A stretch of 17,707 nt of DNA, taken from assembly GCA_036679605.1 (NCBI GenBank), contig JAZDCZ010000422.1:1-17707 (forward strand). The letters are read 5' to 3'. Made by a program: the position numbers and the translations under genes. The notes under the pieces were generated by a model. The model worked only from the letters and a program-made list of their open reading frames with translations. It was not told the DNA's origin and searched no databases. Shown in pieces: positions 1 through 7,511 of this stretch (positions within the stretch are counted from its first letter, which is position 1; every line of letters begins with the position of its first letter). Source of the stretch: Gemmatimonadota bacterium (GTDB taxonomy: Bacteria > Gemmatimonadota > Gemmatimonadetes > Gemmatimonadales > GWC2-71-9).

Positions 1-110
1 TGCTGAGCTGATCCAACGATCGGCCTATTACCAGCAGCGCAACGAAGCATCCTACCAAAGCCGCCGCCGATCAGCCCATCGAATGGATTCTTCGTAGCGC
101 TGTCATACTA
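1..110 (+). mobile_element. 3' end of an IS701-like insertion sequence (transposase C-terminal tail plus right end)
   Basis: The frame from position 2 reads AELIQRSAYYQQRNEASYQSRRRSAHRMDSS* (TAG 95-97), then GCGCTGTCATAC running into CTAG at 108-111. Bases 1-110 are the exact reverse complement of 17594-17703. A basic Y-x-Q-R-N...S-x-R-R tail and an end running into CTAG are typical of IS701-family elements (family call from recall). Confidence 0.75.
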
Positions 111-3100
111 GGAATCTGGATAAGTTCTCCTCAGATGTTGCATCCATCCGGTGAACACGGCCTGCGATCGCTGCAATCCTGGGCCCAGAGTAATTCCCTT
201 GGAGGGCCGTTTGCGGGTTTGCAGCGAACAGGATTCGATAAGAATAAGGGCTTTTCTGGCTGATTCCCCTAACAATGCCTACGAATAGGCGTTCGCATTT
301 GTCCTCCGTTCCAAGTTCTTTTATCCAGTGTTTGAATATCTCCATACCTGCCACGGCGTCGGCGAATAGAAGCGCCATGATTGGTGGTTGCGTTTTCTCT
401 TCCGGACATAGAAACACTGTACCGTGCCACTCCGCTTTGTCCCACAAGGCGTCACGAATGAGAGACACCGTCTCTACATCCGTGTGTTTCATCCGAGCAA
501 GATCAAAAACCCCTGGCGGGGGATCCTCCTTGCTTAAGCTGCCCTCAACGCGTTGATGCGTAGCCGGCGTCTCACCACTGCGCGCAGCCTCATACCACGC
601 CAACGACCGTGTTAATGGATAACACGTTGCTGTCGCATCTAACCACTCGGATATGGCGATCCGTGGATTATTCCCCAGGACGCCGCCAGCCGTAATGAAA
701 CTACAGCAGAAATGTAGTGCACGGTCGAGTGCGTTGTCATCCCCGAACAGCTTTCTTGCAGTATCCTCAACGTCCTTGAACACAAAGACCCGTGGCAGCA
801 ACTCGACAAAATCACGCGCCAACTGCTTCTTAAGCATCTTTTGTTCAGCAAATGTAAGGTGATTGGGGTCAAAGGTCGGGCAAAGTATTTCCCAATGCGG
901 CCGGCCATGACGGTCTGTAAACTCTGACTTCCATTCGATGCCGGTATAGGGTGATAGCCGAACTTCGCACGACAATTCTGGTTCCTTGGCCATGATGCCG
1001 TCAGCTAGGCCGGTTGACATCAACCCTTCTAGTGCGGCCAATAATGATTCTGCGACCGCCAGGCACACCACGTCATTCTGACAGACAACCGATACTGCGC
1101 ATCCCAGAATGCGAGACTCAAAGGTAACAGTGCGTTCATCGCAGTACGACGGTTGGCTTGGAAGATCTTTTCCTGCCGGTTGAGCGCGCCACTGAAGGAA
1201 ATATTTTTCAATTGCCACGTCGCCTTTGGCTACCTCTTGGAGATCCTCCTTGACTCCGGTATCTGGCCCCAGTGCGTAACGCAGTGCGAGCGACGAGCCG
1301 TGAAGTCGGTAGCGATCGAGAACGTCAGGGAGCTTCTCTAACCACTTGAGTTGCCAAACATCCGTTCGAAGAAGCAGCAATCCGAGGATGGCATCAAATG
1401 CCGATTCGCCGGGGGCAAGCTGTTCTTGATCGTAGCCCTTTTCAGCCAGCGCGGCGCGCACAGCTAGATCAATCTCATGCCATGCCAACACGAAGGGCAC
1501 TCGGCCCAACCGTAGCTCGACCCATTTCAACTTGTTGAAGCACCTACCTTGCAGGGCGGTGACATTCTCGTATGTCCAAAATTCCTGAACTGCAATTGAT
1601 GCGGCCGCCAGGAGCGTTCCCCGTGCCGCCCAAAGCAAGTCGACTTGCTCGTAGCAGCAAGCGCAAAGGTATAGGGCACGAATAATGTCTTGCCGACTCT
1701 CGTGTTTGTAAAGTCGTACCATAGCCCGGCCCAGCGTACGGATTGCCTCGGCTGGCTCGCCCATATCGTGCTGTTGGGCCGCTCGTCGAAGCAGAAGCCT
1801 GGCTGTGCTAACCTCTTGCTCACGCTGCGACGTTACCGAGATGAGGATTTCAAAAAGCTGCTGATACTCGGGCAGGTTGCCCAGATGCTCCCCCAAGTGC
1901 ATCAGGTAATCCGCTATGGCCTGCATAGGAAAACCAATAAATGCACTACAGTTCTTTATGAGACCGGCGTATTCTGCAAGTACTCCATGAATGTCCTCAG
2001 GCTCTGAGGTCACAAGGCGGATGCTGAGGAGAAGGGCTTGAGCGTTATGCGAGGCGCTGGGTCGGTCTTCCTGATCAATCAGGTGACTAACAACGCGTAT
2101 CAGAGCTTGCGTTCTTTCTCCCAACACCACCTCCTTCTCATTGAGATGGCCCGCTCTAACAAGTGAGAAAAGGACAAACCAAAGATTGGTACGCAGCTCC
2201 ATCTCAAATGGATTCGTGCTGTCCGCGGTGTGCTTCTCCAGTTCCATGTAATACCGAACAAAGTGCTCGTAGTCCTCTTGCCAGAATGCAGCGGTCCAGG
2301 CCCGGTGATACGAGAGTTGATTGCGCTGATGTTGCGTGCCACACTTCGCACCAATGGTTTCGGCCCGGTCGAAGCGACCCATTATTTCGTCGACGTGACG
2401 CTCTAGGCTCCTCGCGATCAAGGCCGACTCAATGGCATCATCCATGAGTTGTGGACCAAATCGTTGCTCCTTGCATGCCGCCGTAACTAGATCATCTATT
2501 TCTTTCAAATCCTGTTCACGTTGAAGGTCGAGCGGTCCTCGTCGAATTAGTGTTCGCGCCACGCCGTGGATTCCAAGGTGCTCCGTGGCCAGCTCTTGTA
2601 GTCCGAGGCCGAAGGTTTTGTCGAGAATCCAGGATCTGTCGAGAATGACGACACCAAACCCGTGCTGAGCACTCAGTTCATCTTGAAGCTCGCCGCGGGT
2701 CTTCGATCGGATGAATTGGTTGCTTAGAAAGAAGGCCTTACGGTAATCACGATTTGTATCGGCGATCTTCTGGATGTCCGAACGTAGCTTATCTCGCCAG
2801 ACTCGCTTTGCGCTGAATGCGAACGCCCACCGTTCTGTGTGGGCACCACCGGAATTGCCAACGTACCATGCCAGCGCGAGATCATTCGCTACCGGGTAGG
2901 TTTCGGTGTCGACCTTTGCATCGCCCCCGCCCATTGGACCCGTCTGGGGGACTAGATTTGGGCAGATCGTATGCTCCGCAAGCTTGCGGGCGAAGGTCTC
3001 AAACTGGGCCTCCTGATTTCGATTCGTGAGCGTGTCGAGATGGTATTCAAGAAGAGAGCGGTCCAACTCTGCGACCTGCTCAACGACGCTGTCAGAGAAA

Positions 3101-3156
3101 CGTTCAGGGTGGCGTGCTTGGAGGAATTCACGAGGTGAGAAACGCCCAGTTTCCAT
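103..3156 (-). CDS. Large (~1017 aa) protein with an N-terminal restriction-endonuclease-like (PD-(D/E)xK-type) domain and helical/TPR-like repeats; putative defence protein, probably C-terminally truncated by the IS
   Basis: The likely start is ATG 3156 (METGRFSPREFLQARHPERFSDS); the extra 189 aa in the ORF track are low-complexity and run across a terminator. Motifs are QFETFARKLAE...QTGPMGGGDAKVD...AFSAKRVWRDKLRSD, followed by long amphipathic helical segments. The stop codon TGA (103-105) lies inside the IS end. GC looks lower than in neighbouring genes. Confidence 0.7.
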   Translation of the reverse strand: METGRFSPREFLQARHPERFSDSVVEQVAELDRSLLEYHLDTLTNRNQEAQFETFARKLAEHTICPNLVPQTGPMGGGDAKVDTETYPVANDLALAWYVGNSGGAHTERWAFAFSAKRVWRDKLRSDIQKIADTNRDYRKAFFLSNQFIRSKTRGELQDELSAQHGFGVVILDRSWILDKTFGLGLQELATEHLGIHGVARTLIRRGPLDLQREQDLKEIDDLVTAACKEQRFGPQLMDDAIESALIARSLERHVDEIMGRFDRAETIGAKCGTQHQRNQLSYHRAWTAAFWQEDYEHFVRYYMELEKHTADSTNPFEMELRTNLWFVLFSLVRAGHLNEKEVVLGERTQALIRVVSHLIDQEDRPSASHNAQALLLSIRLVTSEPEDIHGVLAEYAGLIKNCSAFIGFPMQAIADYLMHLGEHLGNLPEYQQLFEILISVTSQREQEVSTARLLLRRAAQQHDMGEPAEAIRTLGRAMVRLYKHESRQDIIRALYLCACCYEQVDLLWAARGTLLAAASIAVQEFWTYENVTALQGRCFNKLKWVELRLGRVPFVLAWHEIDLAVRAALAEKGYDQEQLAPGESAFDAILGLLLLRTDVWQLKWLEKLPDVLDRYRLHGSSLALRYALGPDTGVKEDLQEVAKGDVAIEKYFLQWRAQPAGKDLPSQPSYCDERTVTFESRILGCAVSVVCQNDVVCLAVAESLLAALEGLMSTGLADGIMAKEPELSCEVRLSPYTGIEWKSEFTDRHGRPHWEILCPTFDPNHLTFAEQKMLKKQLARDFVELLPRVFVFKDVEDTARKLFGDDNALDRALHFCCSFITAGGVLGNNPRIAISEWLDATATCYPLTRSLAWYEAARSGETPATHQRVEGSLSKEDPPPGVFDLARMKHTDVETVSLIRDALWDKAEWHGTVFLCPEEKTQPPIMALLFADAVAGMEIFKHWIKELGTEDKCERLFVGIVRGISQKSPYSYRILFAANPQTALQGNYSGPRIAAIAGRVHRMDATSEENLSRFLV

Positions 3157-3302
3157 GATCGCCCGATTATCGCGGAATCGATCTGCGGCACAAATGGCTG
3201 TTGGACGGTCCGAGAGCAACCGGGGTGTTAACAAACTTGCCCTGTTGAGCGCGAGAGGGAGAGAGTTCGAGAGTTTTCGTCGAGGTGGCGGTGGCAACCC
3301 GT

Positions 3303-3491
3303 ACGGTTGCCTTCGGGGCGACGTTGGAGCTGTTCGAAACCGAGGGCGCAGCCGGTATTGGTGGTGCGCGTAAAGGGTTTGTTCGTCGCGAGTTACGGCA
3401 AATCCACGGACGACTTGAAACGACTCCGACCTGCAAACAAGAAAGGCCCGCGTTGCTCGAACGCGGGCCGGATCTCCCCGAAGGCAACCGT
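3303..3491. repeat. 16-bp perfect inverted repeat flanking a 157-bp segment
   Basis: ACGGTTGCCTTCGGGG (3303-3318) and CCCCGAAGGCAACCGT (3476-3491) are exact reverse complements. Confidence 0.85.
3435..3469 (-). terminator. Intrinsic (Rho-independent) terminator downstream of the moeA-moaA-accessory operon
   Basis: The minus strand reads GGCCCGCGTT-CGAGC-AACGCGGGCC-TTTCTTGTTT: a 10-bp perfect stem followed by a U-rich tract. Confidence 0.8.
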
Positions 3492-3760
3492 TTCGAAGAT
3501 TGGCTGGCGGTTGAGAGGATCGGCGGCAGGGGCAAGACAGGTAAACGGCCCGATTCTCGCGCAGCGGAGGCCTCGCCGGCAGAAACGCCGCCATGGGCGC
3601 ACCGCCGCTCTGTTGGTCACGAACAATCCAGCAGTGGTCCGCTGGAGAACCTCTCCTGCTCATGCCGCCATGCATGCCCGCGACGCAGACATCCGCCTGT
3701 CCTGTACTGAAGGCCGCGGTCATCGGTTACATCGTAGGATGCGGCAGTTGTCACGTGCCG

Positions 3761-4714
3761 CTATGGATCGGATACCTGCTGAAACCATGCAAAATCAAGC
3801 AGATCAACGTCGTCGTCCAGGGCCATATCGAAGACGATAAGGCATTTGGCTGCCGTCGTTGACGGAGGATTCGGTGGTTCGTTCGGGCCGGCTTGGCAAT
3901 CCACGAACTCTCGGAAGTCGTTTAGATTTACCTCCCCATCGCCGTCGAAGTCGCCCGGCACCGGTGTAACCGTGAATGTGGAGACCGGCTGGGTGGGCCG
4001 GTTGCCGTCGAGGAAGGCGCGATTCGTGTGGAAGATCCAGCCGACATTTGCATCAAGGCCATACACGCTGAACACTGCGTCTCCGGGAAGGGCATCGAAC
4101 GCGTATTCGACGGTCACGGATGCTCCCAGCGGCGCGAGATTGACGCCGGTCAGGGCGTACAGCGTCACCATCCCGGTCCCGAACGCGTGGCTGATCGCGT
4201 CATCCGACGGCGACGTTGCCGAGTAGTAACCCGAAGGTCTTCCACTGTCGTAGGTCGGCTGATTGTAATGGCCGAAATCATCAGACGTGTCGAACTCGTA
4301 CGGCGCTGCGCCGTGGAGCCCGAGCGACATTTCGAAGCCATCCGGCAGTTCGTCGGCGTCGATGGCCACTAGGATCAGCAGATCGGTAAACGTTCGAGCG
4401 TCGCCGATGTTCTTGACGGCAAAGCTGCCGGTAAGCGCTGTGGCGACGAGATGGCCTGTATCAAGTCCCCCGTACGAAAACTGCAGAGAATTCATTCCCC
4501 GCGCGCTGTCGTCCGATCGGGCTTGGTCAAAGCCAACCTCGTAATCGCCGGCGTTGACCGTGTGCATGAGAATGCGAACTTGGGGAGGTCCGATGTAAAT
4601 CCACGAATCGTCAACCAGCGCTTCCCAAGGCTCGAACGCGGGTTGGGCGAAGCTGAGTGGTACGACCAGCAGAAATCCCAGTAGTGCTACAAACGTGCTG
4701 CGCAGTATTCTCAT
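3761..4714 (-). CDS. Secreted/surface protein with an uncharacterised beta-rich domain and a C-terminal dockerin/EF-hand-like tail
   Basis: Signal peptide MRILRSTFVALLGFLLVVPLSFA|Q. The C-terminus PVPGDFDGDGEVNLNDF...C...C..FDMALDDDVDLLDFAWFQ is the paired dockerin-like repeat common in Phycisphaerae. An alternative GTG start lies at 4726. Confidence 0.8.
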   Translation of the reverse strand: MRILRSTFVALLGFLLVVPLSFAQPAFEPWEALVDDSWIYIGPPQVRILMHTVNAGDYEVGFDQARSDDSARGMNSLQFSYGGLDTGHLVATALTGSFAVKNIGDARTFTDLLILVAIDADELPDGFEMSLGLHGAAPYEFDTSDDFGHYNQPTYDSGRPSGYYSATSPSDDAISHAFGTGMVTLYALTGVNLAPLGASVTVEYAFDALPGDAVFSVYGLDANVGWIFHTNRAFLDGNRPTQPVSTFTVTPVPGDFDGDGEVNLNDFREFVDCQAGPNEPPNPPSTTAAKCLIVFDMALDDDVDLLDFAWFQQVSDP

Positions 4715-4752
4715 GAAGTTACTCACTCTGTTGTCTCATCCGCAGGGCTAAC

Positions 4753-5355
4753 TTAATGCGTTACGTCGTTGCACCGTCGCAAACGAGAACCGAGTATTCC
4801 GCCGATCAGGCCGGCAAATAATCCGAAGAGCGCGTAGGACATCAGATTGCCCCACTCGCCCGCCGCCCACCAGAGGGCATGCGGTTTGAGCGACATCGGA
4901 GAGGCCAGACGTTTGACAAAGCACACAGTGTTGGCCAGCGCCCCGGCGCTGCCGAGCAGGACGATGAGCCACGGCGCCGCCAGCGCGCGCCGCTCGGCGA
5001 AACCGATCACCGCGTCGAGCACCACTCCGGCAACGCCGATGAGCGCCAGATGTCCCGGCCCGCCGGCAATCTGACCGCCGGTCGCCAAGGAAGCGCACGC
5101 GGCTGCGAGCGCGCCCACGGTGGCGCCTCCCGGCGCGCCCAAACGCATCCGCGCAACGATCACCGGAACCATCCAGAGCAGGGCACGATGACCGGACAGC
5201 CCCAGGTGGAGGCGAAGGTGCGGCAGGAGCAGGCCGGCGCACACGCCCACCGCGGCGCTCCCCAGGAGCATGCGCACCTGCTCGGCGTCAAATAGCCTAT
5301 TCGTGCGGTCGGCTACGTTTTCGATCAACGGGGAGCCATACATGATCGCCTTCAC
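4753..5355 (-). CDS. Integral membrane protein resembling an ECF-transporter S component
   Basis: About 170-200 aa with five to six Gly/Ala-rich hydrophobic segments. The pattern HLGLSGHRALLWM...PGGATVG...AGVVLDA...YALFGLFAGLIG follows the S-component layout. The start is uncertain (GTG 5355, ATG 5343 or ATG 5271). Confidence 0.6.
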   Translation of the reverse strand: MKAIMYGSPLIENVADRTNRLFDAEQVRMLLGSAAVGVCAGLLLPHLRLHLGLSGHRALLWMVPVIVARMRLGAPGGATVGALAAACASLATGGQIAGGPGHLALIGVAGVVLDAVIGFAERRALAAPWLIVLLGSAGALANTVCFVKRLASPMSLKPHALWWAAGEWGNLMSYALFGLFAGLIGGILGSRLRRCNDVTH

Positions 5356-6052
5356 TCCATTCCACGGGAAAAACCGGCTTGCCGTGCATCAGTCGTGGAC
5401 GTACCCAATCAAACGTTTCATATCGATCGTCCGGTGCCAGCCGATGCCGGGATGGTTCGTGTGCAAGCGAAATCCCAAGATCGGCGAATGCTTGCCGGTC
5501 AACCCGCCCGTGTAGCGTGCGCAAGCCCGGCAATTCGATGAATCGTCCGTCTTCCCCGGCGCGGCGCTGTCCGACCGAACCCAATGCTCCGATTACCCCC
5601 TGCCCACGTCCGCTGGGCGGCTCCGCCGAATGCGCGGGGGCCACGCCCAAAGCGCGCAGCTTGACTCCGGGGGACACGCCCACCCGCAATGCCTCGTCGA
5701 TCGTCAGCACGCGTTGTGCTACCAGACACCCGAAGTCCTCGATTGCCGTCGTTACGTCTGCGACCACTGAGATACAGACACCTGGATCGGAGCCGGCCGC
5801 GGACCGTTCCCTGACGAAGTCGAACGCAAAGTCGACCACGCCGATTCCTTCCGGGGACGTCACGGCGATGCAGGCGCCACTGTTGTGTGAGGTGTACGGA
5901 ATGCGCGGGTCCAGTAGAAACTGGTGCCGCGTAACGCCCAGTGGCTGCAAGTTGCGCCGCGCGCACTCCGTGCTGAGTTCACGAGCGAGGTGCCCAGTCC
6001 CGCGACTGGTCGGGTTGTCCGTGTCGTCAATGCCGATCAGGATGACGCACAT
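5297..6052 (-). CDS. Stand-alone TiaS N-terminal-like (GIDDTD) domain protein, probably ATP-dependent; function unknown
   Basis: ATG 6052 gives MCVILIGIDDTDNPTSRGTG...RHQFLLDPRIPYTSHNSG...SDPG...GQGVIGALGSVG. These blocks align by eye with TiaS motifs (GIDDTD, P-x-IP-Y-x-T-x-x-N, NPG, GRGIIGAL). At 251 aa it lacks the OB-fold and Zn-ribbon tRNA-binding domains. Confidence 0.75.
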   Translation of the reverse strand: MCVILIGIDDTDNPTSRGTGHLARELSTECARRNLQPLGVTRHQFLLDPRIPYTSHNSGACIAVTSPEGIGVVDFAFDFVRERSAAGSDPGVCISVVADVTTAIEDFGCLVAQRVLTIDEALRVGVSPGVKLRALGVAPAHSAEPPSGRGQGVIGALGSVGQRRAGEDGRFIELPGLRTLHGRVDRQAFADLGISLAHEPSRHRLAPDDRYETFDWVRPRLMHGKPVFPVEWSEGDHVWLPVDRKRSRPHE

Positions 6053-6062
6053 ACGCTTCTGA

Positions 6063-6704
6063 CTACCTGAAATCGCGGCGCGGGCTGCGTTGGATCCTTT
6101 GTACCGCGCCGTCCAGCGTGAAGTAGTTGATGCCTTTCTTGAACGTCCGATGCGCGGTGCGCTGCCCGCTGAACCACGCATCGCTGATGACCCAAGTTTG
6201 CGAGCTCATCTGGTCGCGCAGGACGCGCGGCCAGGCGACCTCCCACCGCAAAAACGTGCAGACATCACGATTGGTCGTGGCCGCACGGCAGGAGTAATAG
6301 AAATAGCTGATCTGCCCCGCGTTAAAATTATCCGCGGTGAAGCGCAGGTCGGGCCGGCGGATCGAAGGGCAGTAATAGCTGCGCGGATCGTCGACGTTAC
6401 TGCTCTCGCCCAGCAGATCGACCAGTTCGCCGTGCGGATTGTCGAGCTTCTCGTCCACGGGCAGGTACGATGCGTTCGTCCCGGCGTAGAGCAATGTGCC
6501 AATGCCGACGGTGCGCAGACGGGAACCACACACGGTCATCCAGGTTTGCTCGCGGGCCCCCCCAAGTGCCGGCAGCAGCAGCGAAATCAGCAACGCCAAA
6601 AGCGCAATGACCACCAGAAGCTCCACGAGGGTGAAGCCACTCCGTTGCCTGCGCGCGCTGGTGCGCGGCAGCGCAAATGCCGGATTGGGTTTGTCGTTAC
6701 GCAA
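6063..6704 (-). CDS. Prepilin-type N-terminal cleavage/methylation protein (DUF1559-like pseudopilin)
   Basis: It has the cleavage motif RQRSG|FTLVELLVVIALLALLISLLLPALGGARE..C...L, an internal YYCPS and a C-terminal H...G.NY...DG motif. The TTG start at 6704 is 6 bp after the moaA stop. Confidence 0.9.
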   Translation of the reverse strand: MRNDKPNPAFALPRTSARRQRSGFTLVELLVVIALLALLISLLLPALGGAREQTWMTVCGSRLRTVGIGTLLYAGTNASYLPVDEKLDNPHGELVDLLGESSNVDDPRSYYCPSIRRPDLRFTADNFNAGQISYFYYSCRAATTNRDVCTFLRWEVAWPRVLRDQMSSQTWVISDAWFSGQRTAHRTFKKGINYFTLDGAVQRIQRSPRRDFR

Positions 6705-6710
6705 GGGAGC

Positions 6711-7511
6711 TCATCCTCCCATGAGGCTGAACGTGGTTGTCAGGTTGCGCTGGCCCGCCCAGGGCTTGTGATCAATCGCGCGCATGAGCGCGTCCGTGGC
6801 GCCAAACTCGCGAACGCTGAATCCCTCGTCGCTGAACAGGCAGGGACGTACCACGCCGTCACTGCTGAGCCGCAAACGACTGCACCGGGGACAATCGCCC
6901 CCGGCCCCGCCGATCACCGGCCAGAATTCACCGGTTGCGAGATTCATACGGCGGATGAAGCGCACGATGAGTCCGTGCTCCCGCGCGAAGTCCGCCACGT
7001 TCTGCGCGTCCGGCTCATTGCACGATGATTCGATCACGCAGTTCAGCTTGATGCACTTGAAACCGGCTGCCTGCGCCGCCCGGATGCCGGTCAGGACGTG
7101 TTGCACGTTGCCGCCTCGGGATTTGGCGCGGTAGCGTGCGGCGTCGATGGCGTCCAGGCTGATGTTGAGCCGCTGCAACCCCGCCTCGGCGAGCGGCGAC
7201 GCCAGCGCTTCGAGCATCGTGCCATTGGTCGTCATGGAAAGATCGGTCATGCCTGGGATGCGCGCCAGCATGCCGACGAGTTCGACAACGTGCGCGCGTA
7301 CCAACGGTTCGCCACCGGTCAGTCTGATCTTCTTGGCGCCCAACGAAATGGCAGACCGCGCGACTTCGGTGATCTCTTCGAATGTGAGCAGATTCTCCTG
7401 CGGAATAAGCGGCACCCCGCGTTCCGGCATGCAGTAGCGGCACCGGAGGTTACAGCGGTCGGTCACCGAGATGCGCAGGTAGTCGATTGTGCGCCCCCAG
7501 GGATCGTGCAT
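6711..7511 (-). CDS. moaA: GTP 3',8-cyclase (radical SAM), short form, 266 aa
   Basis: Motifs: YLRISVTDRCNLRCRYCM (CxxxCxxC), RLTGGEPL, TTNG, NISLD, the second-cluster motif CPRCSRLRLSSDG...PCL, and the terminal MGG. Confidence 0.95.
   Translation of the reverse strand: MHDPWGRTIDYLRISVTDRCNLRCRYCMPERGVPLIPQENLLTFEEITEVARSAISLGAKKIRLTGGEPLVRAHVVELVGMLARIPGMTDLSMTTNGTMLEALASPLAEAGLQRLNISLDAIDAARYRAKSRGGNVQHVLTGIRAAQAAGFKCIKLNCVIESSCNEPDAQNVADFAREHGLIVRFIRRMNLATGEFWPVIGGAGGDCPRCSRLRLSSDGVVRPCLFSDEGFSVREFGATDALMRAIDHKPWAGQRNLTTTFSLMGG

Noticed and set aside
3248..3272. Sequence resembling a tRNA-Ser 3' end or att site (minus strand TCGAACTCTCTCCCTCTCGCGC); a similar weak one near 3500-3522
   Set aside because: It is too degenerate, has no cloverleaf, and no integrase is nearby.
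3157..3723. N-terminal 189-aa extension of the 1206-aa ORF
   Set aside because: It is Arg/Pro-rich non-protein-like sequence that runs across a same-strand terminator. ATG 3156 is the plausible start.
6090..7028. Long antisense ORFs (also 7828-8718, 10259-10960, 12188-13057, 14156-14854, 16245-16997)
   Set aside because: These are shadow ORFs opposite well-supported genes in GC-rich DNA, with no recognisable motifs.
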